Assembly: GCF_001194135.2 (NCBI RefSeq)
Contig: NC_068984.1
Location: forward strand, 147,427,717-147,491,716
Source: Octopus bimaculoides
Lineage: Eukaryota
Length of the DNA stretch: 64,000 nucleotides
Direction: 5' to 3'
Numbering within the stretch: position 1 is the stretch's first letter; each line of letters begins with the position of its first letter. A program made the translations under genes and the position numbers. Below, piece after piece: positions 1 through 13,039 of this stretch. Below the pieces are notes generated by a model that saw only the letters and a program-made list of their open reading frames with translations, did no database searches and was not told the DNA's origin.

Positions 1-394
1 AATAATAATTTTATGCAAATAACTCTAATGTTTATCTGGCTCTCATTTTTTGAGTGCAAACCTACTTACTTTTCAATCTTCACTTACTTGTATTGTGTAT
101 ACATATATCAACATATGCACAAACGCACACACACATACATGTATAGATTATATGCATAGACACGCACATATATATGTATATACCACATGTACACGTACAT
201 GTATATACGTGTGAATTTCTATACTTGCGTGCTGGTGCATATTAATATATGCATGAGCATGTATATATGGATACGTATGTATGAATGTATACGCACACAT
301 ACACACATGTATATACATCTATAAAATATATATATGTACATATTGTTGTCTATATAGGAATGCATGAAGATAGATAGATAGATAGATAGATATC

Positions 395-440
<46 letters not shown>

Positions 441-865
441 AGTATTTACACACATACATACACACATATGTGTGGGTGGGTGAGCGATTTTGTTTTCCCC
501 ACATACCAAACCCGCATCAAGGAAATTTTGCTCCCCAGCAAGCCAAAAACTGAAGATATTCAGCTGCCCACTGATCAAATAATTGATTCTTTCTCCAGTC
601 TTTCCACATCACACAATGTTGAAATCAAATACACTTCCTTCTCAAAAATTCGATTTACCAAACTCTAAGCAAGCATTATGATGGTTTGTCTATTTCTGGT
701 TCTCTGAGAACCGATTCCGCTGGATTCTGAAAGTCAGTAATTACTGTTCATGCAATGTTCCTCCTACACCAACAGGTATATCTGAGAATGTAGGGCTACA
801 CATTTCATCCGCGAAGAGCATAACTTTCTCGATATCTCATTTGTCAATTTGGAAACAGGTGGGGG

Positions 866-1040
866 GGGGGAGCTGACAGAATCGTAAGCAAGTCGGAGAA
901 AAATGCTTAACGGCATTTCTGTGTTGAAATGCCGCCGAGGTTGTCTTAGCTTTTCAATCTTTCAGGGTCGATAAAATAAGTACCATATGGATATTGGAGT
1001 CGACTAGCCTTCTTCCCTTTCAGGTATTGAGCCTACAGCA
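866..1040 (+). mobile_element. tRNA-derived SINE, family A (degenerate)
   Basis: Matches the recurrent consensus GAGCTGGCAGAA...GCCGAGGTCGACTTTGCCTTTCATCCTTTCGGGGTCGATAAA..AAGTACCAG seen many times in the window. Confidence 0.75.
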
Positions 1041-1077
1041 AAAAGGGAAAAAAATTAGGTTGAAAGGGAAAACGGTG

Positions 1078-1490
1078 AACGGGCAGAAGCATTAGCACGC
1101 CGGATAAACATGTTTAGCAGCATTTTTTCCAGATTTTTTTTTACCTCTTGAGTTCAAGTTCTCCCAGGTCGACTTTGTATCGATAACATAAGTAGCAGTT
1201 GAGCACTTGAGTTGATGTAATTGACTGGCCCACTGCCCAAAACATTTCAAATTTTCTGCCTACAGTAGATAGATATTTAAGCTCAAGGCTTAATAGTTTT
1301 GAGACGCAGTGGAGATTGATTGATATCATTGATCCAGTTCTTGATTGTTACTTTATTTTATCTACCCCGAAAGAATAAAGGACAAAGTTAACTTTGGCGC
1401 GATTCGAACCCAGGATGTAAAGAGCCGGAACGAATACTGCTAAGTTTTTTCTTTCTTTCCCCGACGCTCGAACGCTTTTGCCATAACTAC
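1078..1490. mobile_element. Two degenerate family A SINEs (+ 1078-1262, - 1325-1490)
   Basis: ttgagttcaagttctcccaggtcgactttg on +; taccccgaaagaataaaggacaaagttaactttggcgcgattcgaacc on -. Confidence 0.65.
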
Positions 1491-1828
1491 CGAAATATTT
1501 TCTTTCTCTCATAAACTATATTTCCTTTCCTTCCCTTATAAATCCTTTTTCGTTCTCTTATTAATTTCCTTTTTATTCTCCTATAAGCCAAAAGTACCCT
1601 ATTTTTCTTTCCTTTCAATTTCCTTTGACTGCCTCCTATAAATTTCATTTGGTCTCTTAATTTCCGTTTCCGTTCCCTATATCTATATTTTTAAAATTTT
1701 ACTTTATTTTCCTATACATTCTATTTCTCTCCACTTTGAATTCATATTTTCCTGCTCTAAATTATGATGCCTTTTAAACATATTTTTAAAATTTACATTA
1801 TATATATATATATGAGAGAGAGAGAGTA

Positions 1829-1900
<72 letters not shown>

Positions 1901-1970
1901 TAAGTGATAGGTTTGCCTCGATCCTTCAGGGGTAGTCTGTTGCTCCATTCTCCACATATATATATATATA

Positions 1971-3200
1971 TCCATCCCTGTCCATGAAGGAGGGAGCCGC
2001 GCAGATGCTAAAGAATACAGGCCCATCTCACTGACCTCACATGTTAGCAAGACAATGGAAAGCGTTCTCAGAAAAAGGCTGATCACGTTCCAAGAAAAAA
2101 AAAAACCTCACAAACACGTAACATGGCTTCTGTCCAGTGAGGAGCTGCCTCACACAGCTGCTGCAGCACTTTGACTGGGTACTGAAACTTTGACTGGCAC
2201 TTTGACTGGGTACAGCCAAACCAGTCAGCTGAAGACGTAATATATCTCGACTTTGCCAAGGCCTTCGACAAGGTTGATTATGGCATGATATGTCACAAGC
2301 TGCGAAACCTTGGTATTACTGGGAAGCTGGGAGAGTGGCTGCATGATTTTCTGAAGGGTAAGACGCTCACTCTGAAGAGACACCAATTCTCAGCGGAGCG
2401 CCACTACTATTTGTGGTGGCCCTCTCAGACATTCCCTCCGTGATACAGTCAGCAAATCTGACCAATTATGCTGACGACACAAAAGTATCGCAGGCAGTTA
2501 GGAACCCAGAGGACATCATAAAACTGCAGAAAGACCTGAATGAAATATATAAAAGGATTAATAAAAAATAACATGCAGTTCAATGCTATGAAATTTCGGG
2601 CATTCCACTATCGGTCCCACACCAAGCTAAAATCGGAATACACTGGTCCAGAAGGTAATACGATCCCAGAGTCAGAGTGGATGCGAGACCTGGAGGTTCA
2701 CATGAATAATGATGCAACATTCCATGTGCATATTACCAAGACAGAAACACTGTGCAAGCGAGTGGCTGGATGGATTCTAAGGACATTCAGAACCAGGAAA
2801 AGGGAAGCCTTGCTATTCTAAGGAGGACTTTCGTCCTCAGGTGCTTAGACTACTGCTCCCAACTTTGGTCCCCTAAGAGTGTGAAATAAACTGTGGAACT
2901 CGAAGCAACCCATCGCCAATACACAAAGAAGATTGACTCGATGCAAAAGATGGGTTACTGGGAGAGGCTAAAGAAGCCGAGTCTCTATTCCCTGGAGAGA
3001 AGACGAGAGAGATATGCAGTGATATATATATTTGGAAGATCTTCGAGGGTTTAGCTCCCAATTTTGGAATTGACAGTTATACCAATCCTCGAACTGGACG
3101 GTACTGCATCATACCAAAGATCCCGCCTTCTCCATCTAAAATAAGGACACGTTACTGCAATAGCCTGGGTTTCAAGGGCCTGCAATTGTTCACCATCCTA
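1971..3200 (+). mobile_element. CR1-like LINE reverse transcriptase relic (frameshifted, internally deleted)
   Basis: Translates piecewise to YRPISLTSHVSKTME, DVIYLDFAKAFDKVD, NYADDTK (YADD 2467-2478), LDYCSQLWSP, YSLERRRERY. Confidence 0.92.
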
Positions 3201-3204
3201 GTCA

Positions 3205-3530
3205 GTCAGTCAGACGATGAAAATTCCAACAATTACTGAAACTAATTTACAGCTGAGTGAATTACAACATGAAATGAAATATTTTGCTCAAAAATACAAC
3301 GCCTCCGCCCATTCCAGGTATTGAAACTACGATCTTACAATAACCAGCAGATCACGTGCCTTCACTTCATAGATTCAAGATGGATCAAATACAGAGACAA
3401 CTTCGATTTTCCGGAATCTTTGATACCAAGGATAGGGATGGTCACCATACGCCAAATTAAATATTAAATTTACTTAAATAATTCAATGAAATACAGGCAC
3501 CTGTGCATTAGCGTCAATTAATGCGGATTA
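3205..3530. mobile_element. Probable Penelope-like element remnant
   Basis: Starts with a core-mutated hammerhead-like string (CAGACGA...GAAACTAATTTA); no ORF recognised. Confidence 0.35.
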
Positions 3531-3789
3531 TAAGAGGATTCGGGGCCCCTCAGTGTCCGGAAGGTCGGTGTTGTACGTATGTGTACCTTATCATCTCCGA
3601 CTGATGAGTGGAAACTCACAACGGAGTGAGCGAGCAGCAGGAGTAATCTTCAAAGGTAGAACTCCCGTCCAGCAAATTTTCGGTCTGGGTCATGACTCCC
3701 AGGTGTCTTTCTGCTGTTCTTGAAATGCCTCCCTTTTTGGGGAACTGACCTCCTCAGAACATTCCAGTGGTCTTCTTTCCCTCAAATGT

Positions 3790-3824
<35 letters not shown>

Positions 3825-4913
3825 CTCTCGGTCACAAAGCCCACTACAAGAACTGTATATCTGTTTCTACCTGTATTTCAACTCGGAAGGTAATGAGCCG
3901 TACTTCAATCAAACAAATGATATTATCGGCTGCTCTGCATAGAATATAATGTAATCAACACCGCAACATTGTCTTACTTGATAACAGACACCTATTTCTT
4001 TAGAATTCGCCCATCGCAGACAAAATCGTTGGAAAATATTTGCCGAGGAAAAAAATTGTAAAAATATCAATGTTTATTCTTGATATACTTCTACATCTTT
4101 TTTTCTTTCTTTTTTTGCCAATGTGATCTTCTCAAAAGGTAAAGAGTTGAAAACACTCCATTACCATGGAGCTGCAGGGGGAAGGGCGGCGGAGAAGGGC
4201 GATTTCACTAACACATTACGACTAAAGTAAATAAATTTATCATAACGAAAATATTTAAGATAGAAACCTGTGTGTATGGGTGTATATGTATACATGTACT
4301 TATATATTTTTGTGTGTATCTGTATGTATGTGTGTGCACGCGCAGCAATATATACATATGTACACACATATGTATATGTATACATGCACACACATACACG
4401 TATATGTGTGTATATATATATGTATTTATATATATATATACACAAACATGCACGTGTTTACATATATGTGCATATGTGTTTATATACATACATGTTTGTT
4501 TATATAATGCATACGTGTATGCTTGTGTGTATGTAGGTTGCTAAGTGTATTTCCTTCAACATGTATCACTAAAAGACAGCCGTGCTCAAGTTTCGCCATA
4601 TTTTCATTACGGATCCTTCCGTTCCTATTTCCTTATTAGTCCTTTATATTTCGTTCAAGACAAAAAGTTGATACAATCATGGAGGTTCCTAGTCTTTAGA
4701 ATTTTAACTTCTGGTTGGAATAGTGTTGCTGTTTCTCTCGATGACCATAAGTACACTCACACACACGCACACACACACGCGCGCACTCGTTACCTTTAGA
4801 TCTTGTTATAAAAATGTAGTATTTAATTTTGGTTTACAAGTCCAATGTTTTATATAAACTATTACAGCGATTATGATTATAAACAATTGTTTATTAATAT
4901 ATGTATTCTTTAA

Positions 4914-5059
4914 GGCGGCGAGCTGGCAGAAACTTTAGCACGCTGGGCGAAGTGCTTTGCGATATTTCGTTTGTCTTTACGTTCTGAGTTCAAATTCCGC
5001 CGAGGTCGACTTTGCCGTTCATTCTTTCGGGGTCGATAAATTAAGTACCAGTTGCGTAC
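4914..5059 (+). mobile_element. SINE family A, near-consensus copy
   Basis: GGCGGCGAGCTGGCAGAA head, GAGTTCAAATTCC B-box-like motif, GGTCGACTTTGCC..TTTCGGGGTCGATAAATTAAGTACCAG body. Confidence 0.9.
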
Positions 5060-5335
5060 ATGACGGTACATGCTTTTTCTTGTCTCTCCCAAACAACAAT
5101 ATCCAGCCTGTTATGCTTATGTTTTGATGGGAATGTTCCTCCAGTATTCCTTGTGCTGGTATTTGAGAGAGAGATTCTCTATATTTATTCCAGAACGGTT
5201 TTTTTGCATATTGTTTTTGCGACAGAGTAGTCACATAGGGAGGTAGTGATGACATTTTGGGGCAGTTGCTAATCACCATGTGTGATATCTTCAACAGAAA
5301 TATCAAATCTACATTTTCGGTTGCAGGTTTTTTGA
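5060..5335 (-). mobile_element. R4/Dong-type (RLE) LINE fragment: CCHC knuckle and start of RLE
   Basis: CRFDISVEDITH..ISNCPKMSS; homologous to 60815-61410. Confidence 0.75.
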
Positions 5336-5545
5336 CAGACACTGCATAGAAACTGGTCATCCAGAAGGAAATTCGAATAGTTCATATTTGCTTTGCCTAC
5401 ATGTGTCAGGTCGTTCCTGAGTGCTCCTGGTAACATATAACCCAGTACAAAATGTTGCATGGTCGATTAAAGCGGCAACCATGCTTGATTGGCGATAAGA
5501 GTGATATTTCGACACACTGCAGGATTTAGTCGAGAGACTCAACAG
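5336..5545 (-). mobile_element. RTE-like LINE C-terminal fragment
   Basis: LKSCSV...ANQAW...DDQFLCSVCQKTC resembles the RTE ORF C-terminus. Confidence 0.45.
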
Positions 5546-5804
5546 CTACCTAAATGTGTGTATGTATGTGTGCGTGTGTATTCTGTGTATGTGCGTGTGC
5601 GTGTGTGTGTGTGTGTGGCTGTGGGTGGCTGTCGTTAGATATAGATTTTAGCCTTTCGACGTTTTTCACTTCTAATAATTCTGCTAAAAATTCTCTTTTG
5701 TGTTTGTTATTATGTGTGTGTGTGTGTGTGCGTGTGTGTGTGTGTGCGTGTGCGTATGTGTGTGTGTGCGTGTGTGTGTGCGTGTGTGTGTGCGTGTGCG
5801 TGTG

Positions 5805-5836
<32 letters not shown>

Positions 5837-6528
5837 TATGCATGTACATTGTTCATATCATAAGAAATCGAAGCACTACGAACTTCGTTCGTTGATACTT
5901 TCGACTCATGAATTCTGTAGAGTCAATTAAAACGCCCCTCCTTTTAACACTTTTGTCTTTTTGATTTCAAACTGTCCAAGTGGAATATCGCAACACAATA
6001 TTTATATGCTGTCAGTTCCCCTTACAATGTTTTTTTAGCACATTAAACAATGCCTGAAAGTCTGAAATAAACTAAAAGTGTTCCAGATATCCATGCAGTG
6101 AAATCCCCTCGTGCCCGGGTAAGACCACTTCTGATACCCAGTAAGTCGGTGGAAACGTTCCAAGAATCGAGAAGGTTTTTGTGCGAGAATTTGTTTTGAG
6201 TTGATGAATTGTTGCCCAGCACTGAACCGATTTTCCAACTCAATCTGCTGCAAGCACCAGAGGCAAATCAGAAGTTGAGACGACCAAAAACCAATTGTAC
6301 TTCAGACCTTTTTTTTTCATAAGGAAGTTCTGACAAGAAGTAGAGGACATTCGCTCTCAATTATTCACATGCTAATTAATCCATAAAGCGGACCCTAACA
6401 GAACTACTACCCCGGGTCTGAGTAGATCTAGGAACAACAGTGGTTAAGAGGTGGTTTCACACTGCTCAAAACTCTGGAACTCCCCTATCAGGGCCCCAGA
6501 ACTGGATACAGTTTAAAGTCACATCCGG

Positions 6529-6559
<31 letters not shown>

Positions 6560-7453
6560 CTTTATTTAAAAGCAGCAGACAAAATGGGACAAGAACGCAA
6601 AACATCCGGACAGTTAGATGATACAATATATATATATATATATATATATANNNNNNNNNNNNNNNNNNNNNNNNNNNNNNNNNNNNNNNNNNNNNNNNNN
6701 NNNNNNNNNNNNNNNNNNNNNNNNNNNNNNNNNNNNNNNNNNNNNNNNNNNNNNNNNNNNNNNNNNNNNNNNNNNNNNNNNNNNNNNNNNNNNNNNNNNN
6801 NNNNNNNNNNNNNNNNNNNNNNNNNNNNNNNNNNNNNNNNNNNNNNNNNNNNNNNNNNNNNNNNNNNNNNNNNNNNNNNNNNNNNNNNNNNNNNNNNNNN
6901 NNNNNNNNNNNNNNNNNGGGATTTTTACTTGTTTCACTCATTGGAGTGCAGCAATGCTCGGGCACCGCCTTGAAAGATTTTAGTCGAACAAATCAACCCC
7001 AATATTTATGGGGGAGGATGTTGTTGGTTTTTTTGTAATTTAAATTCTGGTGCTTATTGTATCGGATCCTTTTGCAGAACTGCTAAGTTAAGGCGAAGTA
7101 AACAAACCAGCACAAGTTGTCAAGTAGCTAGGTTGAGAAAACATAAACACAAAGACACATATACAGTATATACGTATGTTTGTATACACACACATATTAT
7201 ATATGCACATATATGCATGTATATATACATACATACGTGTGTATGTGTGTGTATTAAAAAGCATTTTTCTCTTTAATGTTAATGTCCTTTCAAGCAAATG
7301 ACAATGCTGTTACGAAATATCTTATCAGGTGTGATAAAATCGGATTCCATTGTGCTAATCACTGAGAAGCTTTTTTCAACTGAACTTTTTTCACAATTCT
7401 TGCTTTGCATTCATTGGATTTTTCTTACCTGATCACTTTCTTATTTATTACAA

Positions 7454-7610
7454 GCAGTGGATGTGTGGTAAGTAGCTTGCTTACCAACCAAATGGTTCCG
7501 AGTTCAGTCCCAGTGTATAGCACCTTGGGCAAGTGTCTTCTACTAATGCCTCGGGCCGACCAAAGCCTTGTGAGTGGATTTGGTAGACGGAAACTTAAAG
7601 AAGCCCGTCA
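7454..7610 (+). mobile_element. tRNA-derived SINE, family B (5' part)
   Basis: GTGTGGTAAGTAGCTTGCTTACCAACCA..GGTTCCGAGTTCAGTCCC..CACCTTGGGCAAGTGTCTTCTACTA. Confidence 0.9.
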
Positions 7611-7776
7611 TATATATATATATATATATATGTATATANNNNNNNNNNNNNNNNNNNNNNNNNNNNNNNNNNNNNNNNNNNNNNNNNNNNNNNNNNNNNN
7701 NNNNNNNNNNNNNNNNNNNNNNNNNNNNNNNNNNNNNNNNNNNNNNNNNNNNNNNNNNNNNNNNNNNNNNNNNNTA

Positions 7777-7965
7777 TATAATTAAGTGGAGAATGGAGAA
7801 ACAAACACAAGAAGAAGCAAGTCAATTGGGCTAGTTAGCCATTGATTTAATTATGTGGAGATTATATAATCATTATATAATCTCCACATAATTAAATCAC
7901 TGGCTAACTAGCCCAATTGACTTGCTTCTTCTTGTGTTTGTTTCTCCATTCTCCACTTAATTATA
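7777..7965. repeat. 189-bp near-perfect palindrome (94-bp arms, 1-bp spacer)
   Basis: 7777-7870 is the reverse complement of 7872-7965 with one mismatch. Confidence 0.95.
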
Positions 7966-8191
7966 ATTATAAACTGCGGTTTAAACAATAAATTACCTGC
8001 CTCTGGATACCTTCTAACAAAGACGGTACCCACACAAGTAATCTCCAGGAGTGCCTTCGGATTTAACTATCCCTGGTTGCTTAGATACTTCAGACTACTC
8101 CTGAAATATTTAAGCAATCCTATCATATACCTATATATATATATATATGTTTGTGTGTTTGTGTGAAGTTGTATATATATATATATATATA

Positions 8192-8400
8192 TTTGTGTGT
8201 TCGTGTGTCCCTCAACATCGCTTGACAGCCGATGCTGGTGTGTTTACGTTCCCGTAACATAGCGGTTCAGCAAAATAGACCGATAGAATAAATATTAGAC
8301 TTACAAAAAATAAGTCCTAGGGACGATTTGCTCGACTAAAGGCAGTGCTCCAGCACGGCCGCAGTCAAACGACTGAAACAAGTAAAATAATAAAAGAATA
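8192..8400 (+). mobile_element. SINE family B 3' part
   Basis: GCTGGTGTGTTTACGTTCCCGTAACATAGCGGTTCAGC...GGCCGCAGTCAAACGACTGAAACAAGTAAAA. Confidence 0.85.
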
Positions 8401-8771
8401 ACATATCAAAATGTCTCTGTTACTTAAATTTCTTTGCGTCATCTTGATACGCGTATACTGAGATGTCCGGCTGTTCAAGCAACAATTTGACACGACCTTT
8501 GCACGCAGGGATAAACCTAATTTATTTATTTTACACAAAGGATAGATACTCTAATATCTGAGTCACAAGTGAAGGACAACATATTGTGGCGTTTCACCGT
8601 TTGATCCTAGCTTTCACACAGGTACTGGACTTTGTATTCAGCAGTTATTCGAAAAATTATTGGAATAAATGATTAGAGAAATAACTTGGATAATTTAAAG
8701 CATTCAAAGTCGGATCGTCAGATTTTTCTTTTCAGTCCCACAACGCACATAAATAATTACTAAAGCAACAA

Positions 8772-9000
8772 TCAGGCGGACTTGTTAGCGCGTCGGCACA
8801 AAATGCTTAGCGGCACAAAATGCTTAGCGGCACTTTTTCCGCTTTACGTTCGGAATTCAAATGCCGCCGCCATCGACTTTTGCTTTTCATCTTTTCGGGG
8901 GGCGAGGGAATAAAATAAGTACCCTTGGGTCGACGCAACTCACTAGCTTCCTTCCCTAAAAGTTTAGACCGTGCACCTATAGTAGAAAGGATTATTATTA
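8772..9000 (+). mobile_element. SINE family A with internal 17-bp tandem duplication
   Basis: GGCACAAAATGCTTAGC twice, followed by the family A body. Confidence 0.8.
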
Positions 9001-9015
9001 ACAATTATTTCAAAT

Positions 9016-9790
9016 TCTGGCACAAGGCCAGCAATTTTGATAACATTGATACGAGTACTTTGCTGGTACTTTAGTTTCACCCTCTGAAAGAATAAGGTAC
9101 AAAGTCGACCTCAAAAGATTCTAGACTCAGAAGAAAAAGAACCGGAAGAAATAACGCTAAGCAGTTTATCCGGTCTGTTAACGACTCTGCCAGCTCTCCG
9201 TCTTGTTTTTGTAAATAATAATCTTCCTTTTTATTTTGGCACAAGGCCAGCAATTTTTTTGGGGGGAGGGGATTAGTTGATTACATGACTTCCAGTATTC
9301 ACCTGGTACTTATTTTATTGGCCCCGAAAGGATGAAAGGCAAAGTCAACCTCGGCTGAATTGAAACCAGAACGTGAAGACGGACGAAATGCCGCTAAGCA
9401 TTTTGTCCGGCATGCTAATAATTCTGCCACCTCGCCACCTTATTCTTTTCTACTCTAGGCACAAGGCCCGAAATTTTGGGGGAGGGGGCCAGTCGATTAG
9501 ATCGACCACAGTATGTAACTGGTACTTAATTAATCGACCTCGAAAGGAAAAGCAAAGTCGACATCGCCGGAATTTGAACTCAGAACATAAAGACTGACGA
9601 AATACCGCTAAGCATTTCGCCCTGGGGTGCTAACGTTTCTTATTTCTTTATTGCCCACAAGGGGCTAAACATAGAGGGGACAAACACGGACAGACAAAGG
9701 GATTAAGTCGATTACATCGACCTCATTGCGTAACTGGTACTTAATTTATCGACCCCGAAAGGATGAAAGGCAAAGTCGACCTCGGCTCAC
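9016..9790 (-). mobile_element. Tandem cluster of four family A SINEs
   Basis: GGCACAAGGCC tails and CGAAAGGATGAAAGGCAAAGTCGACCTCGG bodies repeated in the same orientation. Confidence 0.85.
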
Positions 9791-11044
9791 CGCCTTTTTC
9801 TGTATTAGATAAACTTGCTTTCGAGAACGTTTCCATTGTCTCGCCCAACCCGTTCACTTGCGAGATGCCTGTCCAGGCGAGCGTTCGTGAAAGTCGTCTT
9901 TGGGTATCGTAAGCATTGATGGCACTAAAACGAAAGTCTTCCCAATGTTGTTGTGGAATGTTTTTCTTTTTTTTTGTTTTTTTTTTTTTTACTCTGTCAG
10001 TTGAAAACTAAGTGTATAACATCAACATCTTGTAAATGTTTTATAGAGAGATACAGACAAAAAATGGCATTAAATATTTGGTGGGGTGGGGAGACCTAAT
10101 AAACATTTTTTTAATTTCTAAATGTACCATAATGTCTTGAAACTATCAAAATTCTATTTTCAACCACACGGAATAGATTATTCTGGAATAAATGGCGCAG
10201 TACTTAACTTTTTGAGCAGATGAAAGAGTGTGCACTTTGAGATTGAACCAAGATAGACAATCATTAGTGAAGGCTCATTAGCCATTCCTTGTATCGGATT
10301 TATTATTGGTTGGTGTCAGTTAGGGAAACGGTGTTAATCATCTCTGTCAATATATACTAAGCTTTTGGAACCATTTCTTTTATTTTATACTAACTTGTAT
10401 ATTTCTTTCTTTTTTTTTTTTTTTTTGCACCTACTTTATCATGTTTTATCTTCTTAATAGATCTAACAGACAATCAAACCGAACGATAAAATTTCATTGG
10501 TTTCAGTTTATTTTTAGTTGCATGTTTTTGGGGTTTTGTGCGTGTGTGTGTGTGTTTCGGTATAGGTTTAAGAGTGTAGATAATAGGTAGGCTGACAGAC
10601 AGATATACATACATGTATGTATCGGTTTGTTACACTGAAATCTGGCTTTGAATTAAAAAAAAGCACCAACACCAATTTATGCGCCGACAACTACCATTTC
10701 TGCTCCTAATGATGTCTGCAGGTTTTGCTTTTGCTGCTATTACGGCAAAAACCATAAAAATTTTAGGGGTTTTTTTCTTTTTACAAGATAAACCGGTGTT
10801 TTGCAGACGTGAAATAATGAAATTGGGATTTCTACTTGAAATGGGAACTATATCAATAGGGGTCAAAGGGCATCGACCGTTCTACAATACAGATCGCTTC
10901 TGCTGGGTGAAGAAATAAGCATTTTATTTTAAAAGGGGGGGCATGAGGTTCTCATAGTAGCTCAGTTGGAGGAGCAGAGGACTGTGGCCATGATAGATAA
11001 CGTCTTTATTCTAAGGTCGATGGACCGAATCCATCTGATGCAGT

Positions 11045-11405
11045 TCAATTTTGTCTTTAGACGCTGGTTGTCAAGCTTGCTTTACAACCGCTCCGTTTCA
11101 GGTTCAGTGCCAATGTGCGACATTTGAGCAAATGTCTTTGATGTCCCTGGGCCGACCAATGCATTAAGAGTGTAGAAGCTCCATTGTGTATATATATGTC
11201 TGTTTGTGTATATATATACACCCACTCGACAGCTGGTGTTGATTTGTTTACATCCCCGTAACTTAGCTATTCGGCCGATAGAAAAGAAACCGATACAATA
11301 ATTACCAGTCTTAGAATAAGTACTGGAGTTGATTTGTTCGACTAAACCCAACAAAGTGGTACCCCAGCATGGCCGCAATCCAATGACTGAAAGAAGTAAA
11401 AATAA
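11045..11405 (+). mobile_element. SINE family B, degenerate near-full-length copy
   Basis: GGTTCAGTGCC...GGGCCGACCAA...CCCCGTAACTTAGC...CCAGCATGGCCGC. Confidence 0.75.
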
Positions 11406-11875
11406 ATTGTGTGTTTATAAGGAATGAAAATATGATTCTTTGTTGCAGTTCTCTGCTGTCCCTTATAAAAACCCTGACATTTTAACAATTCGTAGAGGCA
11501 TCTAACAACGCCGCCAATCTAACTGATATCGACGCAAAAATAGCCGACAACTAAAGAAATCATCAAGTCGTAATGAGACTGCTCTGTCGAGAAACTTTAT
11601 AAAGATCAACCAGCGTAAGAGCACCTACGTATTATTCGACAGGAAAGGGAAAGCAGGATGTAAATAAACTAACACCGATTGTCAAGGGATTGGTGAGGAC
11701 CAACAATCACAAACTTTCATATTCTGTACATATGTTGAAAGAAATTTCAAAGCAAACTCAATAATCAAATGAATTGAAACAGAAAATAAAAGATGAAAAT
11801 TAAACAAAGAACCTTAAAAGGGTACAGAAATACTTTTATTTAACAAAAAAAAAGAATGTTTTTAATTACATTCTT

Positions 11876-11914
<39 letters not shown>

Positions 11915-12551
11915 CTTACATAGATACAAGTTGTATAACTCTTATTTTTGAAATAGGAAAATAGGATATTGTTTTTCATGTCATACTCAAAAAATTTTGA
12001 GTGAGAGATGAAAACTTTTTTTTTTTAAGTTCAAGAATTTAGATTTGTTGGGGAATGTTTCTTGTGGCTGCTGTTAACGCTCTTCGCGTTTCGCTCAGAA
12101 CGGATTTGCTGCTAAAGCTTACCTTTGAACAGTCAATATGCTATTGTTGTTGATGATGATGATGAAGTTTTATGTTGAATTGATAATGTGGATAATGTTG
12201 AATGTAATAATCTTGGTTCTATGGAGGTGAAAGAACATGCGTATGCGTGCGAGTGCGCATAACAAGTTCTATATAAAAATAAACAATTCCTCCTTTACGA
12301 GATTAGCAAAAGTGATGGCGAAATTTCAGCAGGTCAGCCTTCGTCGTACATAAAATGTATTAAAATTATTACACTTAACAAATATTAACGTTCGAGTAAA
12401 GTGAAGTAAATTTGTTATCTCGTGTTTCTTTACCGAATTTCACATTAAATTTCCAATAGTTATCTTTATGAATGAATGTGTGTGAGCGTGCGTGGCTCGC
12501 TTGTATATATACGTGAGTGCTTGTATGTGTTTGAGTATTTTCAAATTCTTG

Positions 12552-12877
12552 TCATATAGACGTTTGAGCCAAAGACTGGCGGAGTTCACTTCTCAGATTT
12601 TTAACAGACTCACATTTCGGCAACTGATTTTCGTTCATTTCCAATGAAGTTCTCAATAAATTTTCACGTTGCTTATTCGACAGTGGATTGTTGAATCCAT
12701 CAAAGAAGCATTCATCTCTAAATATACGAAGTTCATTATGAAACTCCTTCTTGAATTTTTCGCTCCCTCTACATAAATATCTAGAGCACAGAATTAACGT
12801 GGCCACCACAACTAGGATTGTTCCCAAAATGATGAGTATAGAAATCCAGGTTGGCAGTGCATGATATACATCATTTT
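12552..12877 (-). CDS. Probable terminal exon of an uncharacterised single-pass membrane protein
   Basis: Acceptor TCTTTCTTATTTCAG at 12878, phase 1. Encodes NDVYHALPTWISILIILGTILVVVATLILCSRYLCRGSEKFKKEF...QSLAQTSI* (107 aa, TM helix then basic residues) in non-repetitive DNA. Confidence 0.6.
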
Positions 12878-13039
12878 CTGAAATAAGAAAGACATGGCAT
12901 AAAGGTTTTGTATTAATAATTAGTGAATTAAGGTTTCATGTTAATAAAACTTAGAACAAGAAAACCCGGGCTAATTAAGTCCAGTATGTAATAGGCGCAG
13001 GCATGGGCGTGTGGTTAGGAGGGTCATTTTGCAACCATA

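Noticed and set aside
3205-3260. CAGACGA...GAAACTAATTTA possible hammerhead
   Set aside because: Core positions mutated; at most a dead relic
3590-3635. CTCCGA-CTGATGA-GTGGAAACTCAC-AACGGAG hammerhead-like string
   Set aside because: No GAAA after stem II and no stem III or cleavage triplet
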